From the NCBI GenBank assembly GCA_037379345.1, contig CM074520.1, positions 13,619,488-13,683,487 of the forward strand: 64,000 bases of DNA. Reading direction: 5' to 3'. Made by a program: the position numbers and the translations under genes. Positions 14,503 to 30,300 of the stretch are shown here, piece after piece. The first letter of the stretch is position 1. Each line of letters starts with the position of its first letter. This stretch comes from Perna viridis. Taxonomy: Eukaryota. Under the pieces are notes generated by a model. It had not been told where the DNA came from and made no database searches. It was given only the letters and a program-made list of their open reading frames with translations.

Positions 14503-14556
14503 TATTGGCTATTCCAGAACTAATTAACGTATTGGCTATTCCAGAACTAATTAACT
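14503..14556. repeat. 27-bp tandem duplication
   Basis: tattggctattccagaactaattaac occurs twice. Confidence 0.85.
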
Positions 14557-15395
14557 ATGAACAGTAAAACATATTTTTTTTAACAACTCAATACTTAAGG
14601 TTCTATTACTCTATTACTGAGTTTGGTTCTAATCAGTTCTGGAATAACACAATATAGCAATATACAATGTAAAACTGTAGTACTAAACAATGAGTTACAA
14701 GTAATTTACGGAGACTACATGTATAGTCCAAGCTTTCGTTATAGAAGTATGATTCCGTTTCCTTTGGGTCATTCATTGATCTATATTATAACTAAATCTG
14801 TCAAAAACAATCCATAACTAATATCAGTTATGAAAGATAAGAAAGACATAAATAACTTTTGAAGCCTTGACTTAACGATCATTAAATAAAATGCAATACA
14901 AATAGCATAATTCATTGCTAACAATAACACACACACTAAGATGCAATCAAAGATTCAAATTAGTGGGGTTAGAGGTCAAGGGACTGTCATTTGACCTTTT
15001 GATTTTGAGATAACTTTGAATATCTTGTCATTTGTTTCTATGACATTATTTAAGCTTCAATATAGTAACCTGCTTGCCCTATATACTACTACATATCATT
15101 TAGTATTTTCACCTTAACATTTCAACTTTGTAAAATGTTCAAACTTAGAACCTGTTTCATATCACGTTTTCTGATTTGGCATTTTAGTTTAGCAACACCA
15201 CATCATATAGGGTCTGAGCCTACCCTACATTGAATATGTCTTAATCCTAAGCTTAGCAAGTCCTGAATATTTACACACAACAAGCACTTATAATATCAAT
15301 ATGGAACAAGACACCACAGACAATAATATTTGGCACTTGAGAATTGTTTCAAGGAATAAAAATCATTAACATCTTTAGTACCATAAACTTCTTGT

Positions 15396-18300
15396 TCATG
15401 ATATTTTTGATGAGAATATCTTGGCAATTCTTTTTGTCTCCTCTGCAGTGGGTAGTTGTCTCCCTTTGACTGGCTGTCCATTGAATTTGGCCTTGTGCTG
15501 TAGTGACAATTTTTGTTTCAGATTGAATGCCTCCTTGCTCTTCTCTTGTACTCTGTCAGGGTCATCAGAAAGATCACAATCCTGAAGAAATAAAAATTCA
15601 TTTACCAGGTTTTTATCTTTTACGACAATCATTCAAGTGCATAAAGCTTTATTTGATTTTGTCCACTTTTAGCATTTTTTTCCAAGTCAAAATCAATTAT
15701 CAACCATGAAAATTGTGTTCATATGTGTATATACCATCCCAGATAATTTGTTTATATTGTGTATAAAATATTATGTCAACTAAAACAATTTAAAGGCTCT
15801 CAGACACTTCATTCTGTTCTGAAAATAACCTGTTCTGTTATAAGCCATTCTAATTGTTATAAATTCTAAATAAAACATAAAGCACATATCTTATTCTTTT
15901 GCTTTTCTTTGAACAAATTAAAAGCACCCTTCCCTTATCACTTTCTAGGAAATAAAATGGCAACAAGTAATGCCTTCCTCATAAGTATTCGTGAAAATTT
16001 GTCTGAAAACCAAGAAATTAAAGTCAAATGACTTTTTCAATAATATTATTATTGCACCATAAATTACACAAATTTTGTTTTATGAGCTGCTGTCCACAAA
16101 TGTTAATTTCTCAAGTTTCATTTAAAAAAAACTTATTATCACAGTGGCTTGTTTGCCATTTTGGAACTATCTCAAATAATTCAGTGGTAAAAGAGTAACC
16201 AAGCGAACCAAGGTTATAAATGAAATTAGAAAATACTAGCTAGTAACCCAGACCATATTTTTGTTTAATATTTTCTACATGTTCAACGATTAAAATTTCC
16301 CCCAAAAGTTGGGTAGCCCAGCTCAAAATCTTGTAGCCATGGGCAACTGGGCGATTGCTATTTTTTATCGCTGCATATTTAGTACTGTTATGATACAATG
16401 AGTGTTACAAGTGAAAATATCAACTTGTGCATGTTTAATACAAGTAAAAGATAAATCAACAGACCTTCTCTCCATATGCTTTGGAATGTCCTGATGTAGC
16501 TATTTCTAAAGCTTTCATAGAAGCCTCTAAGTGCTGAGAAGGAAGGAAAAAATTAGGCATCACATCTGAGTTTTTGTCACTTTTTAAACATGATTTATTT
16601 ACAGGTTTACTTTCTCTTTCTATAATCTCCTCATCATCTGAGTAGCTATTTGTAGCGCCATTTGTCATTGTATAAATAGCTCCAGTTTGTATGTCCCTTT
16701 CTGTATTTGACTCATGGTCTTTTTCACTGATCAAACTTGTTTCACTTTCATTTTGAATGCCTCTTTGACCATCTTCTGGATGGAAATACTCATCCAGTTC
16801 ATTGACAACCTTATTGTATAAAGTCCTAGGAGAATTTTGAGCAACCTTGTTTTCTAATAAGAGATCAGATCTTGATGGAACTGACCTATGACTACCAGCT
16901 GATGAGCTTGAAGACATTTGTTCCCTCTGAGTAACATTTCCTGAGTTAACAGATTCTAAGTCAACATTCTCTAACAAATGATTTTCATCCAGATGATTTT
17001 CATCAAAACTCAAATTAATTTTTTCAGTCCTATCATTTTTTATTGTCCATGATGGCTTGTAAGCTGATTTATCTGCTTCATCTTCGTTATCAGAGAACCA
17101 ACTATCTCTCTCAACAAATTGTTCTCGTAACATTTGAGTTTTTTGTGGAGTTCTAGAATTTGGAAGAGACTCAATATCAAAAAAACTATCTGCATCAACC
17201 TTGTCCCCAGAATGTATAGCACTATTACTTGCATTCTTTGACACATTCTTATAACATGATTGATCGCCTACAGATGGAATACCGCCAAATTTGCCACTAA
17301 CGTCATTCAAAGTTCGAGGCATTATAACATCCTCATCACTTCTTTCTGCATCAGAATCATCAGCCTCATTTTCCTCTTCATCAAGGATATCCCTGTAACG
17401 ATGATAATAATTAGGATCACCTTCCCCATCTGATCCTTCATATTCCGTATTTTCCTGAATAATGCTCATTTCTTTTGGATCGTGGGTGAGTGCATGTCCA
17501 TTACCATTCCCATTACCATTTCCATTTGAAGACCGAGCAGAATCTAACTTAAAAGAACCAGTGCTTCGTTGAGAATTTTCTCCGTGGTAATAAAACCCTA
17601 ATGATGATGGGTCAGAATGTTCAGTTATCTCCCTTGGTGAATAATTCTCCCTAGGTGTCACACCTAAAACTGTTGGATCACGAGGTGTAGCATTAGATGT
17701 AAAACCAGTGTTGCTGGTAGACAACAATTCATCCTCTCTTGGTGTAAATTTCATGTTTATGCCAGTATCTGAGTTATTAGACTGGTCCCTTGGAGTAGAA
17801 TCACAGGCAAAGGAACTAGTTGTCTCCGTCAGACCAACGAAGTCTCTAGGTGTAGTGCCAAAGCGGAATGTATCAAGTTTATCACTTCCATTACTCCTAT
17901 GGGAGTCTAATGCATCATTTTCCTGATATTTTTCACTGGAATGTGTTGCAGAAAAAGCACCTGAGTCAGCTCCCGTTTGGGAAGATTCTGCTTCCTGAGA
18001 ACCTGTCATCATGAGTTCTACCTCATTATGTCTTATTGTGTCCTGTTGGCTTCGAGCAAATTGTAAAGAGGACACTAATGAACTTGCAGACTGTGTTAGT
18101 GAGTTAGCTAACGGTTGTGACTGACAAGTGACTGGAATGCTTGCTCCTGATTGGCTTAAGTGCGCTGTGTCATTAGTTGTAACATACTGTGGCTGGACGT
18201 AGACTGCACTTCCTGTTGATGGACAGGAGGAGGTCACCAGTTTCTGTTTCAGTTTGTTGGTTATATCATCCAAGTCCTGCATTTGTTTTCTGGAAGGAAA

Positions 18301-21300
18301 AATATAGTTTCTTTAAAAAAACACTGGAACTACATTTTTTACATATTTATAATCATGCTCAGGTGGCATGGTACTAAGATTTAAAAAAAAATAATAATAA
18401 TTTCATTGCCTCATCAAAGGTATGCACACAATTAAAAACATTTAATAAATGTGATTCCTACAAGTTAATCAATTTTATTCTAATCAAGCTTAAGACACCC
18501 AATATACATACATATGAATTAAATATACACTTAAAACCATACAATGCAACTCGTAGTTTCTGACTTCCCTATCATCATAAACAATTGATTTGCAGAATAG
18601 TTGAGCTTCTTTATATACATATGTACTTATTTTCTGTGTAGTGTCCAGTTTTTGTTGACCTTAAAATATCCAGTTTCTGATGACTTGTGTGAATTTCAAT
18701 GATGAACCTACAAATGTACACATAGTTTTTTTTAAACATAGTTAAGCTTTTGACATACCACATCATGTAATGAACCTACCTTAAAGATGTAAAGAGGAAA
18801 GATCTAGAGGAATCTCCAACACCACTATCAACCTGTGTAGACAATGTATTTGGCACTTGACTTAGAGCTGGAGCACTGGTGGACAGACTTGTCTGTAAAG
18901 TTGGCATGGACGGTAATGTAGAAGTTTGTGTTTCTAAACTTTCCTCATGACGTTGAAGGAAAGTCCGTATATTTTCACTGAGCTGCTGCTGTAGCTGTGC
19001 ATGATGAGACTTGACCTGGTCATAATGGTAGTTAAAGTGAGGTAGATTGCTAGAGAAAGGAGCTGTAGACGTTGGTAGGGACATTGGCTGGTCCGAGAAC
19101 CAGATACCAGATGCACTGACACCTGGTGGTAGACTGGTTGGCTGTACACCATGGTCTGATACCAGATTGTTATACTGTGCTACTGATTCTGTTGGACATA
19201 TGTTCACCTGAAAAGCATCAAATAATTCTAAATGGGGGACAATGTACGAGAAACATCAATTACAAGAATTGTTTTACATCTAAGATAATGCCCTCCTTAA
19301 TTTACACAGTAGGTAACCTCTAAATCTTCTTCTAAGACATTTATTTGCTATTTTATACATGTACCTTACATCTCAATTTTCATAACTGTATCAGGGTTTT
19401 TTTTATATTAGTTTGTACAGCATTCTTGAAAGAACTATTCAGGGGTTATATTAGTTATGTGCAAACAGCGAAAACACTTATATCAAGATAGAACCAGTAA
19501 TCATATTTTAAATCAGTAAGTGATTTTTTATGTGACAAATATTTACAGGAATAATAACAACAATACAAACCATAATCTGTCCTTTACACTGTCCATTGAA
19601 GTCTGTAATATTGTACCAGCCACAGATTTGTTGTAATCCTGATGACAGTGGAGTTAAATCTACTGATACGAAACCTAACACACGATCAGCTGACTTATCT
19701 GTAATTAACAAGAGGAAAAAAAAACAAATAACAGGCAATGAAAAAAACAAACAGTATTAATAAAAAGAGAAAATAAATTCCATATAGATCTTAGAAAACT
19801 CCTACAAATTGTTTTAAACACATATGTAAGATAAAGCATGTTTTTCTCCCATGGTTACGAACTAAAAGAAAATTTGAGTCTTAAATTTTACTCAATATTT
19901 CAAAGGACTAATTAAGGAATAGATTATGGGGGTATGGTATCTTCATATGGGCTGGGTCTATATATTTGAATATTTTAAACCAAGATTTATAAAGGCTAAT
20001 CCATGTGTAAATAAGTACAACATCACACATATACTTTTTTGAAATCTTTATAGCCTTGTGGTAGATATATTGTATGGTAAATTATTTTGGCAAGTGTGAA
20101 ATTTGATGTTTTGAGGCAAAAAGGTATACAAAATATTTTGCGTTTCTAATTTTGTCGGATGCTAAATGGGGCACTAAGAACATAAGCCAAGATATAATAT
20201 TTTGTAGAATTTATTCTGCCATTTACAGACCAACTGCTATAATACCCCAGAATTAGCACCCTGCAAAAATTAACCACTTTAAAGTATCAAGAAATATATT
20301 ATTTGATGTTTACAGGACATCATATTTAAATGAGAATTATCTCATATCAATAACTACTACACTCAAGAAGAGTGGTACAAGTACATTTTACTTAGTGTTT
20401 TCAATTAGCACTTTCCTGTATACTTCTTTAGTCACCACAAAAATAGTTAATCATCCAGTTCTAGACTTACCAGGTTCTTTAGAAGCACCATGTGGTTTAT
20501 GCCATACTTTAAATACTAAGTTCTGTAAAATAAAATAACTCTATTAGAATTCTAATAATCCAGCAATTTTATCATCCAATATGTATGTGTTCATGAAGAT
20601 TTTTATTCAATCACATAGCCATTAAAAAACTAAGAGTACTTTTAGTTAAAAAGTGCACATTGAAAATCATTCACGGTTCTGAAAAGAAAAAAAAAGATTA
20701 CTCCGAAATCACTTAGGGATAAATTACTCTAAAAAAATTTAATGTTCTGATTGTACCCAAAAAGTACAGTTACTACAATCTTGTATCAAATAGATATATT
20801 ACACTACAGTAAATCTTCAAACCAACCTTATTCTCCTCATACAACATTTCAGTACTGAGTTTTGTTTCATGTTGATGGTCCCAGATTGGTGAATCAGAGT
20901 TATGGTACACAGATGTGTAGGAGGGATCTGATGACTCCCCTGTCTGGTATGACACATATGTATTAGGAAGACTTTCCTCAGTTCTGAAAGTAGGAATGCA
21001 ATTATTTTTTAATTTGTTTACACAGCTGATAGAATATATAACGAAAACCAAACGAGATAACAGTATATTAACTGAGACAAGTCTGCTGCAAATCTTTTTC
21101 AACTACAAGCCTGAATGAAATAATTCTATATATTTTCCTATAAGTTTATGTAAATCATTTCGCTGACTTTCTACTAGCTTATAACAATTTTCAAGACACT
21201 CAGGCAAAATTGTAAAGAATAAAGACACAGACCGACAAACCAAAAAATAGTTAAAAATAACCTGTCAATATATTTTCATGTATATCATCCATATCTTTCA

Positions 21301-24300
21301 ATGCAACTCCCTCCCCCATAAAAAAAACCAAAAACATATGTATTCTTCTAAATACTGCTTTATTACATTAATTCCTGAGAATATGCAAAGCTCCTTATAG
21401 TGATCTAACACTTCAAAAAGTTTCATGAGAATACATACAAAATAACTGCAGTTTTGAAGTTGAGATAGAAAATATCATAGCAATGGAAAATCGATTAAGT
21501 TGCTGATAAAAAGAAATAAGGGAGAATTGTGGACAATGTTGTGTTGAACAGATAGACTGAAACCTACAAACCCCAAAGTTTATTTTCAGAAATGTTCTAT
21601 AGGGACCAGGAAAAATTGATTAAAGAAGAATGTTTTGTTGAAATGATGATTTAACTTAAGGTTGTTAATTAAGGTTAGAGTTAAAATAAATAAATAAATA
21701 AAAATAAATATCAAAATACAGAATAGGCAACTTATTTATTTTTCCCAGGTCTGTTACTCATATACTCATACCTGGATTTATCCACGATATGAGGTAAGTG
21801 TAATGCCCTGTCTATAGATATAGCTACACTGAAGGTCGGAGGAGGAGGAGGTAGTTCCTGTACCACACTGAGATTGGATTTCTTTAATTTTTCCTTCTTT
21901 GGGCTAGACAACTGGTGGAAGCTGTCATTAGGATCATAATCAGGATCTTCCTCTATTGACTTTTCCAGTTCTTCAAGGTCATCGTCAGATTCACCCTGAA
22001 AAATGAATAAAGTATAAGAATGAATATCATAAATGAAAATCTGATTATAATGGAAACCATTCAGAAATAAATTACATTTAGAAGAGTACCATGATTTTAG
22101 TGGAAATAAAAAAAAAACAAAATAAACATGGGTACAATCTTTTAAGCACACACATTTCCATATCAGCAATCAGCATGTGTATGTGTATCATGTGTATTCA
22201 ACATGTCATCATGTATGAGTTGTGTCATCATGTTTAGATTTTCTATTATATATTGAGGTATACATAGTACATGAACTTTAAAGTTTTGCAGCAGAATAGG
22301 CTGGTTTAAAGAAAGAAACATTAATGACTTGATTCTAATATGATAAATGCAAACAAAAACAAAACACTTGGTTAATTAATGATTTAAGCGAACTACATCT
22401 TGTTCATGCTCACTTCTCCCATTTATCTTTGACAGGGAGCAGCTTTATTAATAGATTACTTAAACAATAATGTCAATATTGTTACTTTTCAAACAGAATT
22501 TACTTAACTTCTTCTTGTCATCAACTTCTAGATTAGGCCATAGACAAGACATAATATAATCATGAAGTATATCTCATTGCTTTACAAACTAAGGTTATGA
22601 AACTCACCTGTCGTACTGGACCAAACTTAGGTTTGGATGTTACATGAGCTCTGATGAAAGCACCACCAAGGCTAGAGGCACCTGGCTTGTACATAGGATA
22701 CATTCCACTGCCATAAAAATAAAAAAAACCATTTATTCATATCATTAAGTTATTAATTTTAGCTATTATTTTTCATTGTTATGAATTTATTCTTTTGAGC
22801 AAGAAATTTTCTAGTGATACTGCAACTAATCATTAGTTTAATAAGGTGCCTGTATAAAGATTTATTGCCAATAGTAGTGACACTTACATGTTATAAGTGG
22901 ATAAAAATTGTTAAAAAAGCCCATATTTTATAATCCTGAAATACATAAATACAAATCACAGCACATCATTATCATGCAATTGTTAGTCAAAACCACCTGT
23001 ATTCAGAAATAAACTGTCTTAAAGACGATGACTTTAATATCCTTATGTAGTGCATTCAATGTAAAATTAACCTGTAGATAAAGATGACCTGCCTTATGTG
23101 ACCTTGATTTTGCTCTCCTTTGGAAGGTCACTTCAGACAGGTTTCATTGAATATGATGAATGATAAACACCTCCAAGGTACCAGTTCATAGTTAATCTGT
23201 AAAACTTTGTATGGTATTTAAAGAATTACCTTATTCTATGTTGTTTTCTTCTCTGATCATTCAGTGACTCAAGATCAATGTAAATTGTTCCTATCAACTT
23301 ATCTCTGTGTTGAGGTTTGTTTTTGTTGTGTTTTCTACTGCCATAGGTCACCCATAACTGTATTTCTAACTTCTCTTCCCTGAGATACCTGTAAACAAGA
23401 AAATTAACACTCTGTAAATAATAATAATGTAGCCTTACATTTGTAGGAGTGATCATTCCACCTGTATGGAAGAATATCAACGGTTTAATAAATAATAATA
23501 ATAAAAAAAACCTTGCTAGATTGATTGAACATGACAGTAATTCAATGAAATAAAAAAGTTAAATGAGTTTTTTAAAACTAATTAAACAAACTGAACGTAA
23601 CTTAAACAATGTAATAGGCAAATTTGTGTAACCTAAGGAAAGTTTCCACTATCCTTGTTCTTCTACAGTTATTCAAATTCTGTTCTATATTAATGTTTCC
23701 ATGATGGTATCAAAATGTAACAGTATTGTCAAGTTTTTAACATTTTCCATGAAAATGATAAGTAAAATGTTCAAAAACATCTTGATTACTATAAAAGTAC
23801 TATTGTTTGTGAGGTACCAATTTTTGTGGATTTTGTGGGTAAGGTAAACCCCTAAATTTGATTCCCAACAAAAAGGATTATTTACTTTAAATAATATGAC
23901 AGGACCATTACAACCACAAAGCCAAGAATCCATTAACTTGTGCTTTTCTTCTAAACNNNNNNNNNNNNNNNNNNNNNNNNNNNNNNNNNNNNNNNNNNNN
24001 NNNNNNNNNNNNNNNNNNNNNNNNNNNNNNNNNNNNNNNNNNNNNNNNNNNNNNNNNNNNNNNNNNNNNNNNNNNNNNNNNNNNNNNNNNNNNNNNNNNN
24101 NNNNNNNNNNNNNNNNNNNNTCCTTTTTGATCAATGAGAAAACACTGATAAGCATAAAAAAAATTAATTTAAGTAGCCACACTTACCATTTGAAAGGTGA
24201 CGTGACAGGAATATTAAAACAATGGTTGTGGTTTAACAGACCAATCATATAGCCTTCGCTATTTACACTCATCTGGACTATCTTAGATACAATAGCACCT

Positions 24301-27300
24301 GTAAAATATTATAAATATTTGGACAAATTTAAAACACCTATAAATCATGGTGAGGGAAAGGATATGCTAGGAACAATTTGATGTTCTGTTTCAATACTTA
24401 TGTACTAACTAAAGTTTCATGATAATATGACAACTATACTATACAGATGTTGGTAAAGTCTCACAGTTATTGTAATGATTATTTTCTATGCTACACAGCC
24501 ATACTGATATTTAAATTCTCATTCTTTAAAAGAGACTAAAAAATTGAAATCTCTTCTTTAAAAAAAATCAATGTTACTGTAAAACATACTGTATTTTGTT
24601 TATTATTAAGTAGTGCCAATAATTATGGAATACAACATATCCAAGTTTGATGGTAATCTGATAAAAAATGAAAGCTGCATCCAGTTGACATGGTGATGAC
24701 AAACAAATGAACTGACTGAGGGATTGACCAGTCATAAGCATTCTATCCTCTCAATCTTTCATTACCTGGAGTATTTAAAAAAAAATTAAAACAAGTAACA
24801 TAAACCTACCTTTATCATAAAACTTATATCTGACATAACATCTGGCTGACTTGTCAAGACTGTTCTGTCCAGTAATTAGAGCGTTCTGTACAGGAAAACA
24901 TGCTTGGTCTACTGATACTGTAATGTTTTGGAAACGCCCACTTCCCTCATCTGAAAATAATAATGTAACTTGAGAAGTGAAACCTTGGGTTAAAAGTACT
25001 GTACAGGAACCAAAAACATCTTCAGAAAGTAAAAAAAAATATGACATAAGCATTGTTTAAGAAATAAAAAAAGGAAATACTAAGATAGAATTTGTATATG
25101 TATATAAAGCACCTAAGTCAAACACAGTGTATAAAGGCTGCATAATAAGTATGGCATGATAAGGACTTCATATTTACTACTGTATGCATATAGCTACATT
25201 CCTTCATATCTTTGCAAATTAATTTGCAAAACTTTGTGTAATGAGTTCAATATCTAGGGAGAGACATTATGAATCTAACACCATTGAGAATGCAAAAAAA
25301 GGAAATTTAATACTTCTAAGAGTGTTTCAGATTTTCTAGTCATGAATTTATTAAAATGTATCATTGTTTTATCTCACCCATAGGTAAGGCAAGGATATCT
25401 CATATGGTTAAAATTTGTATAGTGAGAAAGCTGAATTTTCAGCATATCTTATTCACTTCCCCTCTTTCATTTCTATACATGTAAATAAAAAAAGTCATGA
25501 AGTATGAAACTAATTGCAGAAAGATAGGGGAAACAATCCCAAACACCTTGATTCACATGCAAAAGGGAGATAATTACACCTTTCTTTCTATTCCATACCT
25601 TCACTCTCCCAGACTTCCTCTTCCTCTATATTGAGTTCTATAGGAGACCACCCAATGCCTCTTGCAGTATGTATTACTCTTTCTCTGTCATTGTGGTGAG
25701 CAAACTTTATTGCAAGTTCCAGGCCACCTACCACTCTTTCTAGACCTCTTTTAGAGCCATAATTCTCCTCTGAATTTGTGCTATCTTTATTCCAACCTGC
25801 TGGTGGAGAGTTTACAGGGAACCAACCATTTATACCTAAAATTTACAAGGTTAAATGGTCTCACAATATAAATCTTGACTAAACAAATCCCTGTAACAAC
25901 AGTTAGTGACTCCTATTTTTGCATAACAATCATTTCTTCATTTTTTTTCTTAGAAAATGAATTTTTGTCTTGAAGTAGTAGAAATTTCAAACTATGCCCA
26001 GAAGTGTGATAACTGCAGTAATACAATTTATATAATTTTATATGCATATTAATTATATTGAATGTCAATCCAGATGTATGTTTTCCTTACCTGTCCTTTG
26101 TACCAGCAATGATGCCAGAGACAGAGTTACAGTCCCTAACAAAACATCACTAGTTTTACCCAGTTGTCTGCCCTTGATTCCCTTCTCCACTTCCTGTAAT
26201 TGTCTGTCAAAATCTGTGTAAATAATTGTTATGTTAATCAATTACATAATAATGAACATTTATAATAGAGGACTTCAAAGAACAAAGTCAATGAGCTTCC
26301 AATTGTCACTGAGAAATAGAAAAAAATATAATTAAGAAATATATCATCATACTACCACACTATATGTAATATTAACCTGAATTGCCTATCCCCTTTTAAG
26401 ATCGAGAAAAAAACTTTCTTCGGTTATTGATAGTGAAATAAAATATATTCTTCTAATCCTATAATTAACTGTACTGATTCTGTATGAAAGATTATAGTAT
26501 TCCAATTTTCCCACCTGATGTCAATCCAGGAATTTGGTGCCATACTTCCAATGTTATTTCTCCAGATTCTAAAATTTCTGCCAGTGTCATAGCATCACTG
26601 TCTGATTCTGTCCATAATAAAGGACATGGAAAATCCATGTGGTGCGAAAACTCAGGACAGAACGATCTGGCTACAGTTCTTGTAATTCTCTCATCCTAAA
26701 AAATTGCAATGTAAAAAAAAACTGGTTTAAAGCAAAAAAAAAAAAGAAAGTTTGCACTTTAAACATTTTTATAACCTGACTACATAATACTGTCAAAAAA
26801 AAAAAAGAACTCTTTAGTTATCATTTAAAATCATTGACATTAGGAAATACTATAAAAAAAAAAATAAAAAAAAAGAAATAGAATGAATGGTATGAGCTCG
26901 AAGGTCCATAGATTTTTTTTGTGCAAAATCCAAACTCTATAACACTGTTTATGTTACTTACCTGTTTCTGAAGGAAGGAAAGTCTGACTTTCACATAAGA
27001 ATTTACACCTATTTCAGCTGGGTATTGCATTCCTGTATCAAGACGAGCTATAGCTTCAGCTGCAGCCTGTTAATATAAAAGATACACATTAATAGATTTA
27101 CGTTAAAATAATCCTATCGTATCACTAAATTGCAAAAATAATCTAAAAGCAATTTAAATACAAATACATCTTAATGCAAGATAAAATATACCCTTAAGAC
27201 TTGAAAACAGTACAATATTTTGTCAAGATGATATTTATCAAACTGATTTAGACACTTTGAATTTAGACCTGATGGGTTGAAGATATTTAATGCCTGGTTG

Positions 27301-30300
27301 AAAACAATGGTTTACAGTTGGGCTTCAGACTAGTAAATAAATCAAGTGCAATTTAATGTTGTCCATGTTGATAGAATCTATTACCTATACATCCAAAACT
27401 ATGTTTATGTCGTTTACCGGCCAATAATAAAGTACCTTGAGTCCTGATGCTCTGTTCACACTGACTGAGATACAAACTTGGCAGTCACTCATATTCTTCT
27501 GTAAAGCTGCATTCGATTCCGACTACAAAAAAAAAAATGTCTTGAGTTTTATTTTTTTTTACACGAGAAATGCATGTAATACTAACAAAATATATTTAAT
27601 TTGACATCTTACAGTCAGAAATCTTAAATAAACAGTAATGGATTAAATAAAGTTATGAACACCAGTCTTTTATGCCAAAACTTTAACACCAATAAACTAT
27701 AAAGCATCTTTAAAGACAAAATTCAGTAAGCTTGTACATTGGTAGGTGCTAGGATATTTTTCTTGAAATAAGTAAATACCTGTATAGTATTGGTCTTGTA
27801 ATGTATTGTGACATCTAACAAACCAGATTCCTTCATCTGAAACAAGTGAGTAAATATATAAATTCCTCAACTACATGTATGCTTATAATCATGTTCAATT
27901 TTAAAAATTCATCTAAAATTTATAACAATTCCAAGCTTTTTTAACCAACCATCACAATTTCTTTTTCAGTATCAAAAGCTAAGCTATTAGTAATCTTTAT
28001 TTAAAAACTTTTGATCATTAGCACATAATCTTTCAATAATTCGGACAACATCTCAAATTTTCTACACATCAAAAATGTTAAATTTTTTTTAAGTGCCTAA
28101 TCCATGTTTTATAATAAGAATATATTATTCTTTCGAACTACATAACTACATTTAACAAATTTTTTCAAGATGCTGGAATCCCATTTATACCAGTTTTAAC
28201 CTGAATAAGAAAAGCAAAGGGAGGTAAAATTTGGCTATTCATCTAATCGCAAAAGGTTTGTCCCAAGAAAAAAGTAATTACCTTAGACCGAGCTTCCTGA
28301 TCTTTCTGTTCTGTTTCAGAACCCACTTGTATCAACGGTAAGGAGAAAGTCTGTACAGATGGTTCACCTCTCTTCTGCATGGTTACCATAGCACATAACT
28401 TGGCAAGTGGCAAGTTGGTCTGTAAATATAAATTGTGATATTGTAATACATACATGTTAAAACTATGACATTTTTCCAAAGATGTATCAATTGAAATAGG
28501 AAATGCACTTCACATTAAAATTAATGAAACAATTTATGTACTTAGCACCCATATGTTAAGTGTCTGAATTGGTGAAAATTATAACCTTTATATTCTAAAT
28601 TTCATACATGTGTTAACCAGGGAAAAGGGCTCAGCTTGAAATAATGTCTTTGGAAAATAGTAACATTTTATTTTTACATACTCATTCAAAGAATTCTACA
28701 ACTGTGAAAGAGTCAAAAAAGAAAGACCTAAAACTAGAATTAAAATGGCTATGGTGAATATGTCAGAGACAAAAACCCCACTGAATGAAAAATGTCAGCT
28801 CAAGGCCACCCATGGGTCTTCAAATAATGACAAGGACACCCTCCCACAACAGGGCCGACTGCAACTGGCCCAAAAATGGACCTTTTAGTTTTGATTTCAA
28901 AATGTAATACGTTGTTTTTACCTATGTACAGATAACATTGATGATATCAAAGGTCAAAATTTGCTACATGTAACCTTGACAACCCAATGTTAATGTTACC
29001 TTAGCAACACACTGGTCCCTGACATTAGGATGATAATATCTACACCAAACTTCATACGGTAAACCACCACCTCCGCTGTCGGCACATGCTGCAAGAAAAA
29101 ATAAATTGCTGCTAAAATCTGAATTTAAAAAACATGATTAATCAATGAGGACTCACATCCTTCACATTACTAGTAGGCTTCAAATATCTGACAAAATCTG
29201 ATTTACAATTTTTTTGTGTGCAATATTTACTCATGTTCTAATTATAGTTACAGGTCTGGTTCAATGATTTCTATTTGGGTGCACAGATTCCAATCATTTT
29301 TTTTTTAATATTTTTTTCAGAAAAACACAGATCTAATACAGGAAAGATATTTTTTCTAAGCAGAGTGCCTACCTTTCATATTTGGAAAACCTAATTAATG
29401 ATTATATCTAATATATCTAGGAATATATACCTGTAAGTAGTTCCCTCTGTACTGGGGTACCTAATGGGAGAATTAATCTGTGTCTTGTTACATCATTAAA
29501 GGTTGGATCAGGAATACACAATGTAGTGGCACTCCTGTAAGACTTCATACCAGGTACTGCTGTAATTTGTAAAACAATCTTGGTACCAGTAAATTAATAG
29601 TATTTATAGTATCATGATTTCTGTTAGAATGGTGTGGTTGGTTTAATTTTCAATTTTCATGTTTTAAATCATTTTCGAACTTAATGGTAGCTATGCTTTT
29701 TTTTTATTTGAAATTAAAGGGATTGAGTTGTTATATGTTTTTAATCTTGAATTAGATTTGGCACTTATTAAACATAGTTTCTTTGGTAAATACCATCGTA
29801 ATTTTCAAATTCCTCCTCTGTAGTTAAAGTCACAAACAATAAATAACTTACCATGTTTGAAAACTGGTCCACCCTGGATCTGATTGTTGGCTTGAGCTGG
29901 GAAATGATACTGTACAAAACAATCAGCTTCACCCCATATCATGTTCTCAAAGGCATTCAACCCTCTCAGGCCCTCAATTACTACCTCAAATATATGCTCC
30001 ACTGAAAGGAAATTTTTAAAATTAACACTTTTTACATTTGATCCCTAATCATACTAGGCTTTAAAATTTTGAACTTCTTCAAATGTGAGTGTGCTACCAA
30101 CAAAACATGGCATTTTTCATATTCAATCCCATACATTACAAATAACAGCCCTCTTAAAGAATATCATACTTAATATCTATATAACAAGTCTATTCTAAAG
30201 TGAATATTTGTTACTGAAGGGCATCAATTTTCGTTACTTTGCAAAATGTCATTGTTGTTTTTGGTGTGTTGAATTCAGCCACTTACATTCTCAAAGGAAC

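Noticed and set aside
12770-15395. Long 3' UTR of C2CD3 ending at minus-strand AATAAA near 12773 or 12827
   Set aside because: Plausible, but AATAAA is too frequent in this AT-rich DNA to call without transcript data.
23685-24252. Two long ORFs spanning the N-run
   Set aside because: Artefacts of translating through the assembly gap.
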